Part shown: piece after piece, positions 1-9,490 of the stretch | Numbering within the stretch: position 1 is the first letter of the stretch | Layout: each line of letters opens with the position of its first letter | From: an uncultured virus (IMG/VR IMGVR_UViG_3300008627_000683) | Lineage: Duplodnaviria; Heunggongvirae; Uroviricota; Caudoviricetes | Virus record (IMG/VR): IMGVR_UViG_3300008627_000683 | Span: 1-64,000 of that record | Direction: 5' to 3' (one strand) | DNA: 64,000 bases | The notes under the pieces: generated by a model | What the model was told of the DNA's origin: nothing | Databases searched by the model: none | The model's input: only the letters and a program-made list of their open reading frames with translations | Program-made: the position numbers and the translations under genes

Positions 1-108
1 CTGAATCGCAGCATAGTGTTGAGTAGCATCGACCCATGTCTGTCTCATGCTACCCGCAATGTTACGATAGATGATATGGTATCGCTTGTTAGTGGCTTTC
101 AATTTCAT
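1..108 (-). CDS. hypothetical protein, partial (runs off window)
   Basis: ATG at 108 overlaps the stop of the upstream ORF (TAATG); frame MKLKATNKRYHIIYRN... stays open to the window edge. Confidence 0.55.
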   Translation of the reverse strand, partial: MKLKATNKRYHIIYRNIAGSMRQTWVDATQHYAAIQ

Positions 109-416
109 TATACGGCTCCCTGGACAACACGGTCCCAGTAGGTGTCATGTAAAACATTCTCACGGAGTCCACGCTCGAGCATCTCGTCCTCGTCCATGTC
201 CAACTCATATCGGACTACCTCATAACGGGGCTCTTCCCCACCGTTTAAGTCACGGTCGAAGCGGGCCATCCGTTCAGCGTGGGTAGCGCCGGCATCGCAG
301 TCAATAATACGAAAGTATGACTGGCTACTGTGGATGTCTTTAAAATCCACAAGGTAGAAGTAGTAACCTTTGGGGTGGTCCTCTGTGGACTGGTTGAACG
401 TGTTGAGAGTTTTCAT
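108..416 (-). CDS. hypothetical early phage protein
   Basis: 102 aa ORF directly downstream of a sigma70-like promoter, purine-rich leader. Confidence 0.7.
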   Translation of the reverse strand: MKTLNTFNQSTEDHPKGYYFYLVDFKDIHSSQSYFRIIDCDAGATHAERMARFDRDLNGGEEPRYEVVRYELDMDEDEMLERGLRENVLHDTYWDRVVQGAV

Positions 417-447
417 CTGTTTCCCTGTTTCTTTAACCTATATATAC

Positions 448-476
448 ATTATATAGGATTATGGGAAAAATGTCAC
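448..476 (-). promoter_or_regulatory. sigma70-type early promoter
   Basis: GTGACA-17 nt-TATAAT on minus strand. Confidence 0.7.
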
Positions 477-490
477 GAAGAAAGTGTATC

Positions 491-586
491 TAAGTGCTTG
501 AAAAATAAGGGGAATTAAAAAAGTTGAAATTTTGAGAAAATCCTTTAAAATCAAGCATTTAAAAAGTCAATGATTTCAATGACTTA
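491..586. promoter_or_regulatory. cluster of IHF-like sites / inverted repeats
   Basis: AATCAAGCATTTA (549-561) matches WATCAANNNNTTR; near matches TTTCAATGACTTA (574-586) and, on minus, TTTCAAGCACTTA (491-503). Confidence 0.45.
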
Positions 587-603
587 GGGAAAATGGGGGA
601 TTT

Positions 604-1062
604 TTACCCAGAAACGGCTTTTTCAACTGCATCATCTATGTCTTTAGGACGATCTTTTAGTTTTTGAAAGATATTCTTTTTCTTTGCGGCTAGTGGCGTT
701 TCTTCGTCATCTTTGCCTGTTAGTTTTTTATAACCAGCATATCCAGCACCTGCAAGCGCCGCAAGACTCCGAGCGGCGCCCGCGGCGTCCACGCGGGCAA
801 GCGCCGCAAGACCCGCCACTAGTGGCCAGCCTTCGTATAATGAGCCTTCTTGAATTTGACGCCTAATAGTAGCAGGGTCTTTGCCTGCCAATAACATGCC
901 TTCTTTGCCTTTCATATCTAAAGCATTGTCAGTAGGCTTCCACTTTTTAGTTGGTTTTTTGTTATTGTGTGCTACGTGCGGATTAGCAACGGTAGCGATA
1001 TTACCACTACTAGTGGCTCTTGGTGTTGCGGCTTCAAAGATTTCAAATTCTTTAAGTCTCAT
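604..1062 (-). CDS. hypothetical protein, putative capsid-internal protein
   Basis: MRLKEFEIFEA N-terminus, late promoter 5 nt upstream, Ala/Gly-rich hydrophobic segment. Confidence 0.6.
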   Translation of the reverse strand: MRLKEFEIFEAATPRATSSGNIATVANPHVAHNNKKPTKKWKPTDNALDMKGKEGMLLAGKDPATIRRQIQEGSLYEGWPLVAGLAALARVDAAGAARSLAALAGAGYAGYKKLTGKDDEETPLAAKKKNIFQKLKDRPKDIDDAVEKAVSG

Positions 1063-1067
1063 ACTAT

Positions 1068-1075
1068 TATTTATA
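1068..1075 (-). promoter_or_regulatory. T4-like late promoter TATAAATA
   Basis: exact TATAAATA 5 nt before ATG 1062. Confidence 0.65.
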
Positions 1076-1077
1076 CT

Positions 1078-1416
1078 TTATAGGCGTTTATATAACCACT
1101 GTGAAATAGGAATATACGGATAGTCGTCCCAATCTGAGTACGGTGCGTCCTTTAGTTTCTCGTCTTTAGTTTCTTTTTTATCGTGTGTTTCTTTGTCTTT
1201 TTGTTGAGGAATATGTTGAGAATTACTAATCATTTCCCATTCCTCTTCTGTGTAAGGCATATGTGCTACTTCTTTTTTCTCTTGTGCCTCTGTACTTAAA
1301 TCACGAGTAAACCCACACTTTTTACAAACATAAATGCGATGGTCTATGATGTAACTACTATTTCCCTCACATTGCGAACATTGTATAAGTGTAGATTTTT
1401 TTTCGTTTTTAGCCAT
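1078..1416 (-). CDS. zinc-ribbon hypothetical protein
   Basis: CSQC...CKKC pairs. Confidence 0.6.
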   Translation of the reverse strand: MAKNEKKSTLIQCSQCEGNSSYIIDHRIYVCKKCGFTRDLSTEAQEKKEVAHMPYTEEEWEMISNSQHIPQQKDKETHDKKETKDEKLKDAPYSDWDDYPYIPISQWLYKRL

Positions 1417-1846
1417 TGTTTAAGACATGATGGTCAGGTAACTCATCTTGTGAGTCGCTCCACTTTCCAACATGTTCCGTTTTAAACTCATGCTCTCTGT
1501 CTAAATATTTCCATTCAAGTTTTACTAAACCGAATTCTTGCAATTTCTCAAAAACTTGAATAGGTTTAAATGGCCCGCAAGTATAAACATCTAATTGAAG
1601 CAATGCTGGGTTTGGTTCGTCCCAAATATGCATTGCAATATGGCTTGTTTCAATGATTGAAACAACTGTGATGCCTGCGTTTCCTTCTACTTTCACATAC
1701 TCACAATGTGGACCTGAAAGTAATTTCATATCGATAGTTTTAATTAAATCTATCATCCATTGTTTTGTTTTTTCTACATCGTTCTCATCAGGAGGATTTG
1801 ATACTTCCGCTCTAATGATTAAATGTTTATGAATTGGCAATGCCAT
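1409..1846 (-). CDS. speD: S-adenosylmethionine decarboxylase-family pyruvoyl proenzyme
   Basis: HLII, G-IT-V-IIETSHIAMH-W (self-cleavage Ser), LDVYTCG motifs; 145 aa. Confidence 0.85.
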   Translation of the reverse strand: MALPIHKHLIIRAEVSNPPDENDVEKTKQWMIDLIKTIDMKLLSGPHCEYVKVEGNAGITVVSIIETSHIAMHIWDEPNPALLQLDVYTCGPFKPIQVFEKLQEFGLVKLEWKYLDREHEFKTEHVGKWSDSQDELPDHHVLNNG

Positions 1847-1857
1847 TATAATAATTC

Positions 1858-2049
1858 CTATATTTTTGCTAATATTGCAATTAATAAGATAATAATTAAA
1901 AACAACTCAGCCGCTAGAATAGTATGATACCAAACCCAACGTGCTTTGTATACTTTCTTTTTGTTAAACGTTTCTTTAATTTCAGTAACAAAGCTAGTGT
2001 CTTTGGCTGGTTCTTTTTTGTTATTATCTTTTGCAAAAAATTGCTTCAT
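1858..2049 (-). CDS. small membrane protein
   Basis: C-terminal hydrophobic helix; TATAAATA 6 nt upstream. Confidence 0.6.
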   Translation of the reverse strand: MKQFFAKDNNKKEPAKDTSFVTEIKETFNKKKVYKARWVWYHTILAAELFLIIILLIAILAKI

Positions 2050-2079
2050 ATATGGTATTTATATAAAACAGTTTTTAGG

Positions 2080-3114
2080 TTAAGAATAGTCTTCTAATTC
2101 ACCGTTACGTTCTATTTCATTTGTAGCACAATGAACACCTGTATCCCAAAAGGTTGTTGCTTTCATGTCTACTGGAACACACGTTATGCCTTTTTTCTCT
2201 AATTTGTCGAATAAAGTAGGATATGTTCCTGTAAACAAAATTGTTTTTTCGTTAATACTTAAACTATTTAAATTAAAATAAGTTTCTTCTGTACATGTCT
2301 CTAAAAACTTATAAAACCATTGAGCAATTATTGGGTGGAATTTTTTATGGCGATGTTCATTCACTTTATGCCATGCTTCTTTTACATCGCCGAAGCCTTC
2401 TACATGAATCCTTTCCCATTTTGCAAAAAACGTAGGTAAACATTCAGAAGGTAAACTTGTTATTAATAGTCCTGGTCGAACAAGGAATAGTTGAGAATCT
2501 ATATGGCCATCTGTATCTAATAAATGAAACTTTGCTTTAGGATTAATAGATTTAATCCACTCCATATATAATTGCTTACCTAACTCATTACCCTCATTAG
2601 CAGAATCTTTAGATAATATGATATCATTGCCACATTTTAGTGAAAGTGTGGGTTCATATAAGGGTCTGCCTAAATCTATTTCTGGATCAAACTTATCATA
2701 GTCACCATCAAAAAATATATCATTAGTAGGTAATTCATATATATTATCAAAACTATATTGATTTAGAACATGATCACATGAATTTATACTAAAGCGGTCC
2801 CAGTCCATTGCATAATTTCCTTTATAAAGACTGTTTCCATATATAGTATACATATCTCTAACAGCTAACGGCGGTGTAGTAATTGATGTGCCGTTGTGAA
2901 ATGGATAATCTTGCACACTTCGATGTGTTTGAATATCATAACTAATGAGTACTTTTTCTAACTCATCTAACTCTTGTCTTGACTTGTTGATTATTTCAGT
3001 AAAATACTTTTCATATCTGTTTTTTAATTTTGTATAAGGAATAATACTTTCAGGATTTGGCAATGTGCCAATGATACAAGATTTTAATGGATTAAATTCC
3101 GCCCAAACACTCAT
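2080..3114 (-). CDS. amidinotransferase-family (pentein) protein
   Basis: VWAEFNPLK..IIG N-terminus, VRD, GHID and FWDTGVHCAT catalytic Asp/His/Cys motifs. Confidence 0.75.
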   Translation of the reverse strand: MSVWAEFNPLKSCIIGTLPNPESIIPYTKLKNRYEKYFTEIINKSRQELDELEKVLISYDIQTHRSVQDYPFHNGTSITTPPLAVRDMYTIYGNSLYKGNYAMDWDRFSINSCDHVLNQYSFDNIYELPTNDIFFDGDYDKFDPEIDLGRPLYEPTLSLKCGNDIILSKDSANEGNELGKQLYMEWIKSINPKAKFHLLDTDGHIDSQLFLVRPGLLITSLPSECLPTFFAKWERIHVEGFGDVKEAWHKVNEHRHKKFHPIIAQWFYKFLETCTEETYFNLNSLSINEKTILFTGTYPTLFDKLEKKGITCVPVDMKATTFWDTGVHCATNEIERNGELEDYS

Positions 3115-3130
3115 CAAATTTCCTAAATCT

Positions 3131-3559
3131 TTAATATATAAAAATAGATATTATAGTATAAAATACTATAAACAACATTACATAATTCAATAAACGACTT
3201 GATGAGTGTCGCTTTTGAGGATGTAGAAGACCTTGTCTTTCTTCCCACGTTGTGTTTGCTTCTAATACTTGTGTAAAGTGTTCTACTTTAAGTCTACCTT
3301 CTAATATAAATTTACCAATTGCTTCTTGCAACTCTATACGCACAGGAAAAGGAAGTTGCAACTTATTAGTTGGCATTAGTGAAAAATTACGTGACCACTT
3401 ATCCCAAGGATCACCTTGTACACCTACTTGACTGTGTGCATACATATAGGTTTGTTCGTCAGTATAATTTTGGACACTACTAACAACATTAATAAGTTGG
3501 CAATCTGTTAAACCTTGTACTATGACTTCTTGAGCATTGTCTGAGTATGTTGTTTTCAA
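3131..3559 (-). CDS. hypothetical protein with C-terminal TM helix
   Basis: 142 aa ORF coupled to the upstream stop. Confidence 0.6.
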   Translation of the reverse strand: MKTTYSDNAQEVIVQGLTDCQLINVVSSVQNYTDEQTYMYAHSQVGVQGDPWDKWSRNFSLMPTNKLQLPFPVRIELQEAIGKFILEGRLKVEHFTQVLEANTTWEERQGLLHPQKRHSSSRLLNYVMLFIVFYTIISIFIY

Positions 3560-3954
3560 TGGAATGCACCTTTAATTTTAAGTTCTTCAAGTTTTTCAGC
3601 GAACATTTCTTTATCTTCTATACTCATATCTTCCATGAGTTGCTTTTCTGTCATAAACTTTTTTATTACTTTGGTTCTTTCAGTGTTTTCATCAAAAGTT
3701 ATTTCTGCTTCACCAAAGTCTAACTCTTCCTTAGGAATACGTGGCATTATTTTTAAGAACAAAATATATAACTGCAAATAAGTTTTGGCATAGACATAAG
3801 ATTGCTTCATAGCCTGCTCTTCAATTGAGTCATCAGGATTTATTTTCATATCTTCTTTGTTGCCGGGGTTTTCATGTAACCAATCTTCAAACACCTCTGC
3901 TACATCTGCATAGAGGTCAAGTTCTTCAGCAGTTATTTTAATTTTATCACCCAT
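3556..3954 (-). CDS. hypothetical protein
   Basis: acidic ORF; TAAATA 5 nt upstream of ATG 3954. Confidence 0.6.
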   Translation of the reverse strand: MGDKIKITAEELDLYADVAEVFEDWLHENPGNKEDMKINPDDSIEEQAMKQSYVYAKTYLQLYILFLKIMPRIPKEELDFGEAEITFDENTERTKVIKKFMTEKQLMEDMSIEDKEMFAEKLEELKIKGAFH

Positions 3955-3970
3955 CATAGTATTTACCCTT

Positions 3971-4588
3971 TTATTCCCATGGCGTGATTATATCAAAGTC
4001 CAGTGACTTACCATCCGTGCTCATGTCTTGATTATCGATATATTCGCCATCGTAGTATATACCAGTGACGAGAATATCATCGTTAATTTCACATATATCA
4101 AAGTTAACTTTTGATGGATCAAACTTGCCTTCAATATCAATAGTGCCTTCGTAGAATGTACCTTTCTCAGTATGGATACCAGCAAGTGTATATTCTTTAG
4201 GCTTTGGCATGATTTCTTCTTCTTGTAGCATGTTTCCTTCTTCATCATAGTCTTCTACAAATTCGACAAGGCCCCCGTAATAGATATTGTCTAGTTCTTT
4301 GGCTTCCCAACCAATGCCATCCATTTCAACAATCTCAAGTTGGGCATGATCTCGAGACACGCCATATTCATGGCCGCGGTCATCATGCTCATACCAATTG
4401 CTTAATGTTGCGTATTTTGGAATTTTGATGTCAGGGTTTTCTTCAGCAAACCAGTCCGGACTACCTACATACTCGTAAAAGTAATCACTCATTTCGTCTG
4501 ATTGCCAAAACTCGGCGCACTTTTTGGTAATTTTACCAAGTACCACTTCGCCGCCGTAACCGGTTAATATAAATTTAATGTGTGCCAT
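3971..4588 (-). CDS. acidic hypothetical phage protein
   Basis: 205 aa ORF with AAGGA RBS and sigma70 promoter upstream. Confidence 0.7.
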   Translation of the reverse strand: MAHIKFILTGYGGEVVLGKITKKCAEFWQSDEMSDYFYEYVGSPDWFAEENPDIKIPKYATLSNWYEHDDRGHEYGVSRDHAQLEIVEMDGIGWEAKELDNIYYGGLVEFVEDYDEEGNMLQEEEIMPKPKEYTLAGIHTEKGTFYEGTIDIEGKFDPSKVNFDICEINDDILVTGIYYDGEYIDNQDMSTDGKSLDFDIITPWE

Positions 4589-4623
4589 AACTAATTTCCT
4601 TTAAGGTGATTAAAAGTACTATT

Positions 4624-4652
4624 AGTATAACATTATTTTGAGATCACGTCAA
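4624..4652 (-). promoter_or_regulatory. sigma70-type early promoter
   Basis: TTGACG-17-TATACT. Confidence 0.7.
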
Positions 4653-4677
4653 GATTAACGAGATTTTTTAAGAAGGG

Positions 4678-5016
4678 TTATTTTTCGCTTGGTTTGTGGG
4701 TCTTATAAGAATTTTCGTCTTTCACCAACGCCAAAATTAATTGATATTTTTCCCAGGCTTCTTGTAATGCTGGGTGTTTATCACGCAATCGTTGTTCATC
4801 AAAGTGTTGTTTACCTATATTCAATAAATCATCGTGAGATAGCCAACGTCCATGCTCTTTTGTTATTGGTGGTTCGTCGTCTGTTGGGACAAGTACTTCA
4901 GTAGTAGATCCCATGGGCACTCTTCTGGTGATAGTTCTCCCATTATCGGGAGTTTCATAGATATATTTTTCTTGTGTTTCTGATCGACGAAAGAGTGCCA
5001 CATGGAGCCCTACCAA
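4678..5016 (-). CDS. hypothetical phage protein
   Basis: YIYETPDNGRTI...HPALQEAWEKY; start uncertain. Confidence 0.6.
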   Translation of the reverse strand: MVGLHVALFRRSETQEKYIYETPDNGRTITRRVPMGSTTEVLVPTDDEPPITKEHGRWLSHDDLLNIGKQHFDEQRLRDKHPALQEAWEKYQLILALVKDENSYKTHKPSEK

Positions 5017-5022
5017 TTCTAA

Positions 5023-5619
5023 TTAGAATGAGACGTTTACATTAACGCCTGCTACAGACTCACTAGTTTCCCAATCACTGTCTAATGGCATTTCCCAGTA
5101 AGGTCTAATAGCAAAAGTTGGGGTCATAGCAATACTCCAGCCTACGCCTATAGTGGATCCTAGGAATGCGTCGGCCTCTTCCCAATCCCACCATAATCTT
5201 CCATATGCATCAATATCATATAAAGCAATGCGGGCTAAAACATCTGTATCCAATGCACTTTCATCAATGTTCCAATTTACTCTTGGAACAATGTTTAAAA
5301 TACTTAATTGCATACCTAAACCAGCACCAACTACATAATCTTTATCATCCGCATATTCGGCCCATGAACTCGCACTTAACGTGCCATTACCAATTCCGGC
5401 CGTAACTGAAAAACCAATATCAGTGTCACTATCAGAATAAGCAGAAAGCCTGTCATTACCGATTCTAAATTCATCCTTATCTGAATAGTTAGCACCTGAT
5501 TGGTCATAACTAACAAACCAGTCTGTTGCGCTAATACGAACGCTACTTTTTGATTCGGCTGCATTTGCTGTACTAAATGCAAAAAACGTTGCCATAATGG
5601 CGTACATCATATTTCTCAT
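5023..5619 (-). CDS. putative outer-membrane beta-barrel protein
   Basis: signal peptide (ANA|AE), amphipathic strands with aromatic residues, C-terminal VNVNVSF. Confidence 0.6.
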   Translation of the reverse strand: MRNMMYAIMATFFAFSTANAAESKSSVRISATDWFVSYDQSGANYSDKDEFRIGNDRLSAYSDSDTDIGFSVTAGIGNGTLSASSWAEYADDKDYVVGAGLGMQLSILNIVPRVNWNIDESALDTDVLARIALYDIDAYGRLWWDWEEADAFLGSTIGVGWSIAMTPTFAIRPYWEMPLDSDWETSESVAGVNVNVSF

Positions 5620-5710
5620 TAATATCTCCTTGTGTGAAATTTACATCTGGGCCTACTAATATATAGTCAAACATTAATATGTTAACCTAGAAACTGATTT
5701 AAGAAAAATA

Positions 5711-7780
5711 TTAACCAGTGCGTTTTGTGATCATTTCAGTGATATTAGCAGGGCACGGTGCGTAGTGACTAAACTCCATACTAAACTGACCACGGCCGCT
5801 CGTCATACCACGCAAGTCGCCAATATAGCCAAACATTTCACCAATTGGTGCTTCTGCCCAAATGCGTACCTTTTGTCCACTAACTTCTTGATTGCTAATC
5901 ATGCCGCGGCGTCTGTTAATGTCGCCAATAACGTCACCAACTTTATCCTCTGGAGCAATTACGTCAAGTTTCATGACAGGCTCTAGTAATTGTGGTCCTG
6001 CTTTAGGCATGGTTTGTCTAAAGCCACCTCGAGCCGCTAATTCAAACGCAATAGCACTTGAGTCAACTGCGTGTGAAGAACCGTCTGTTAATGTCACTTT
6101 AAAGTCTAACAACGGATAACCTGCTACAATGCCGTTATTAGCAGACTCTCTAAAACCTTTTTCAACAGCAGGCCAAAACTCTCTTGGCACATTACCACCG
6201 ACAACTTTTGATTCAAACTCAAAGCCGCCGCCTGATGGCAATGGCTCTATAGTATATTCAATATCACCAAACTGGCCAGAACCACCTGATTGCTTTTTAT
6301 GAACAAATTTGTCTTCCACTGTTTGTGTAATAGTTTCTCTGTATGCTACTTGTGGTTTACCAATACTTACTTCAATGCCATGGGTTCTTTTAAGAATGTC
6401 GCACTTAATGTCTAAGTGTAGTTCGCCCATACCCTTAAGAATAGTTTGCCCACTTTCTTGATCTGTTTCAACATGGAAGGACGGATCTTCAGCGACCATT
6501 TTACCAATAGCAGTTCCTAACTTATCCATGTCACCTTGTGTCTTTGGTTCAACAGCAATACTAATAACCGGGGCAGGGAATACCATTGGCTCTAGTACGG
6601 CGGGTTTATTTTTATCACACAGTGTATGACCTGTTTGTACAGTTTTCATACCAAGCAATGCAATAATATCGCCTGCTTGTGCAGAGTCCTTTTCTTCTCT
6701 ATTGTCGGCATGCATTTCTACAATACGGCCAACACGTTCGGACTTGCCTGTGCTACTGTTATAAATTGTATCACCTTTGTTAAGTTTGCCAGAGTAAATG
6801 CGTGTAAATGTCAATGCACCATACTTGTCGTCCATAATCTTAAACGCAAGTGCTCTTAGTGGTCTGTCATCATCAACAATAGCATGTTCACCTGTTTCAT
6901 TGCCTTCTAAGTCTACTTCTGGCTGTGGATCAACCTCAGTAGGATTAGGCAAATAATCAACCACGGCACTCAATACATTTTGTACGCCTTTATTTTTAAA
7001 TGAACTACCACAGAATGTTGGGAAGAAATCACAATTAATTGTACCCTTGCGAATACACTTTTTAAGATCTTCTTCGCTAATGCTGTCAGGATCCTCCATC
7101 CACTGCATCATTACATCGTCGTCTTGCTCTACAACTTGCTCTACCATTAGATCATAATATTCTTTGGCCTTGTCTGCCAAGTCTGCAGGAATGTCGCTAA
7201 TAGTGTAAGAAGTAGGATCTGCTGAATTTGACCAGGCCCATGCTTTTTGCGTAAGAATGTCTACAATGCCTACAAAATCATCTTCAGCACCAATTGGAAT
7301 AGCCATAATAACTGGTACTGCGTTTAAGCGATCTTTAATTTGCTCTACTACACGATAGAAATCTGCACCAACTCTATCCATTTTGTTAACGTAAATAACA
7401 CGGGCAACTTCACTGTCATTAGCATAACGCCAGTTTGTTTCGGATTGTGGTTCTACGCCTCCTACCGCGCAAAAAACACCAACGCCACCGTCTAATACTT
7501 TCAATGAGCGGTATACTTCAATTGTAAAGTCAACGTGTCCTGGTGTGTCAATAATGTTAAACTGGTGGTCATCCCAAAAGCATGTTGTAGCGGCTGACTG
7601 AATAGTAATACCGCGTTCCTGCTCTTGCTCCATAAAATCTGTAGTAGCGGCGCCGTCATGTACTTCGCCTATCTTATGGATTTTACCTGTTAGTTTTAAA
7701 ATGCGCTCTGTTGTTGTAGTTTTACCTGCATCAACGTGAGCGAAAATTCCTATGTTTCTATACTTTTGTAGATCTGACAT
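5711..7780 (-). CDS. fusA: translation elongation factor G
   Basis: 689 aa; [42 protein letters not shown]; domain V LLEP...GDINRRRG. Confidence 0.97.
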   Translation of the reverse strand: MSDLQKYRNIGIFAHVDAGKTTTTERILKLTGKIHKIGEVHDGAATTDFMEQEQERGITIQSAATTCFWDDHQFNIIDTPGHVDFTIEVYRSLKVLDGGVGVFCAVGGVEPQSETNWRYANDSEVARVIYVNKMDRVGADFYRVVEQIKDRLNAVPVIMAIPIGAEDDFVGIVDILTQKAWAWSNSADPTSYTISDIPADLADKAKEYYDLMVEQVVEQDDDVMMQWMEDPDSISEEDLKKCIRKGTINCDFFPTFCGSSFKNKGVQNVLSAVVDYLPNPTEVDPQPEVDLEGNETGEHAIVDDDRPLRALAFKIMDDKYGALTFTRIYSGKLNKGDTIYNSSTGKSERVGRIVEMHADNREEKDSAQAGDIIALLGMKTVQTGHTLCDKNKPAVLEPMVFPAPVISIAVEPKTQGDMDKLGTAIGKMVAEDPSFHVETDQESGQTILKGMGELHLDIKCDILKRTHGIEVSIGKPQVAYRETITQTVEDKFVHKKQSGGSGQFGDIEYTIEPLPSGGGFEFESKVVGGNVPREFWPAVEKGFRESANNGIVAGYPLLDFKVTLTDGSSHAVDSSAIAFELAARGGFRQTMPKAGPQLLEPVMKLDVIAPEDKVGDVIGDINRRRGMISNQEVSGQKVRIWAEAPIGEMFGYIGDLRGMTSGRGQFSMEFSHYAPCPANITEMITKRTG

Positions 7781-7807
7781 TCTTATTGCTCCAGCAAAAA
7801 TTTCTTA

Positions 7808-7854
7808 TATTTATAAGCAATAAGTATTGTACACTATTATTATGGTAATGTCAA
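7808..7854 (-). promoter_or_regulatory. tandem early (sigma70) and late promoters of fusA
   Basis: TTGACA-17-TACAAT (7826-7854) plus TATAAATA (7808-7815). Confidence 0.65.
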
Positions 7855-7858
7855 ATAA

Positions 7859-9490
7859 TTAGAAACCCCACCAATCACGTACTCCGGGATTAAATGACCC
7901 GCTGGTTGTTCCTGTTATTTTCTCAACTTGCCCATCGCTGTTAGGCACGGGAGTAGAACTGAAATATTTATACTTTATCCATTCTTTACATTTATGACCT
8001 CCAACAAAAATTTCTTGTTCATTATAAGCATCTAATTCTACTTTATATCCCCAGATATAAGCAATATAGTTTAGCACGTCTACAGTAGATTCGTTTGCTA
8101 ATTCTCTACCGCTTTTACCTCTGTATAAATGTAACAATAATGTTCTTTTATCATCATGATCAAAGTCTCTTACTTGTATATCTGGAATGCGATAGTTATA
8201 GTCATATTGTCTTGCTAATTCTTTGCGTATGCTCTTGTAACCAGCGTTGTTATGGATTGCTTTTACTTGATAATGTGGATCTTGCTTGCGGTCGCCAAGT
8301 TGGAACAATCTAAAATCACGTATAACTTTTGGAGATAAAAACTGTAGTATAAAACTCTCGTCCCTATAATTAGCAACGATGTCTAATGTAATCTCTTTCC
8401 AATTACCGCCAGCAACATCAGGAAACCATTCTTTATCTTCTTTTGTTGGCTCATCGCACATACGTTTAATGTCTTGAAAAATAGCAAAACCTAATGCATA
8501 TGGATTTATGCCACCATAATATGGTTTATCAAATGTAAGTTGGTTTAAAACGTTTGTGTGTAGTTTTAAAAACTCTAGCATACTTGCGTCACAAATCAAA
8601 CCTTTTTCATGTAAACGATTCATTGTATAATAATGCACAAAGCAAGCATATCCTTCGTTCATCACTTTTGTTTGTCCTTGCGGATAAAAATATTGTGCTA
8701 TCTTACGCACAATACGACATAATTCGCGTTGCCAATCTGTTAAATTAGGCGCGTTTTTTTCAAGGAAATATATAATGTTTTCTTCTGGTTTATCCAAATA
8801 AACATATTTTCTGTCTGTTTTCTTCTTTTCTTCCTTTTTACGTTTAATTACTGTTGTGTCCCATAACTCATTAACATGTTTGCGTAAGTATTCTGCCCTT
8901 TCACCCGCTTTCTCTGCCTCTGCATACGAATTAAGTTTTACTGGACGCTTATATTTGTTAATACCGTAATTACGAATAGAGTGTAATGCATCTAAAAATA
9001 GTTCTACTTCGTCTAATCCATATTTTTCTTCACACTTCTTAACAAAGTTTTTAGCAAATACAAGATAATCAATAATTGCTTCTGCGTTTGTCCATGTTTT
9101 AAACAAGTAGTTATTTTTAAAGAAATGGTTGTGGCCAAACGCGGCGTGAGCAATAACTAATGCTTGCGTGGTCATTGTATTCTCTTCCATGAGATAGTTT
9201 ATGCATGGATTACTATTAATAACGAGTTCGTATGCTAAACTAGTTCTACCTTTTCTGTATTGATTTTCATAATGTGACCATGCCTTACCATTGCTCCAAT
9301 GGTTATATGATAAGGGCATACCAATACTTGCATATGCATCTAACATTTGCTCAAACGTTACAACTTCAAGTTGGTTCGTGTAAGTATCGCAACCAAGTTC
9401 ATTAACTGCAATATCTTCGCAAGCATCGTAGATGTTACTTACAAGTTCAAAACTCCAATCATCTTGTTGTGTGAATAATAGTTTAGTCAT
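7859..9490 (-). CDS. spoVR: SpoVR/YcgB family protein
   Basis: GMP..Y.HWS.GK, LAYELVINSNP, AHAAFGHNHFFKNN, QTKVMNEG, NPYALGF motifs; follows yeaH. Confidence 0.93.
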   Translation of the reverse strand: MTKLLFTQQDDWSFELVSNIYDACEDIAVNELGCDTYTNQLEVVTFEQMLDAYASIGMPLSYNHWSNGKAWSHYENQYRKGRTSLAYELVINSNPCINYLMEENTMTTQALVIAHAAFGHNHFFKNNYLFKTWTNAEAIIDYLVFAKNFVKKCEEKYGLDEVELFLDALHSIRNYGINKYKRPVKLNSYAEAEKAGERAEYLRKHVNELWDTTVIKRKKEEKKKTDRKYVYLDKPEENIIYFLEKNAPNLTDWQRELCRIVRKIAQYFYPQGQTKVMNEGYACFVHYYTMNRLHEKGLICDASMLEFLKLHTNVLNQLTFDKPYYGGINPYALGFAIFQDIKRMCDEPTKEDKEWFPDVAGGNWKEITLDIVANYRDESFILQFLSPKVIRDFRLFQLGDRKQDPHYQVKAIHNNAGYKSIRKELARQYDYNYRIPDIQVRDFDHDDKRTLLLHLYRGKSGRELANESTVDVLNYIAYIWGYKVELDAYNEQEIFVGGHKCKEWIKYKYFSSTPVPNSDGQVEKITGTTSGSFNPGVRDWWGF

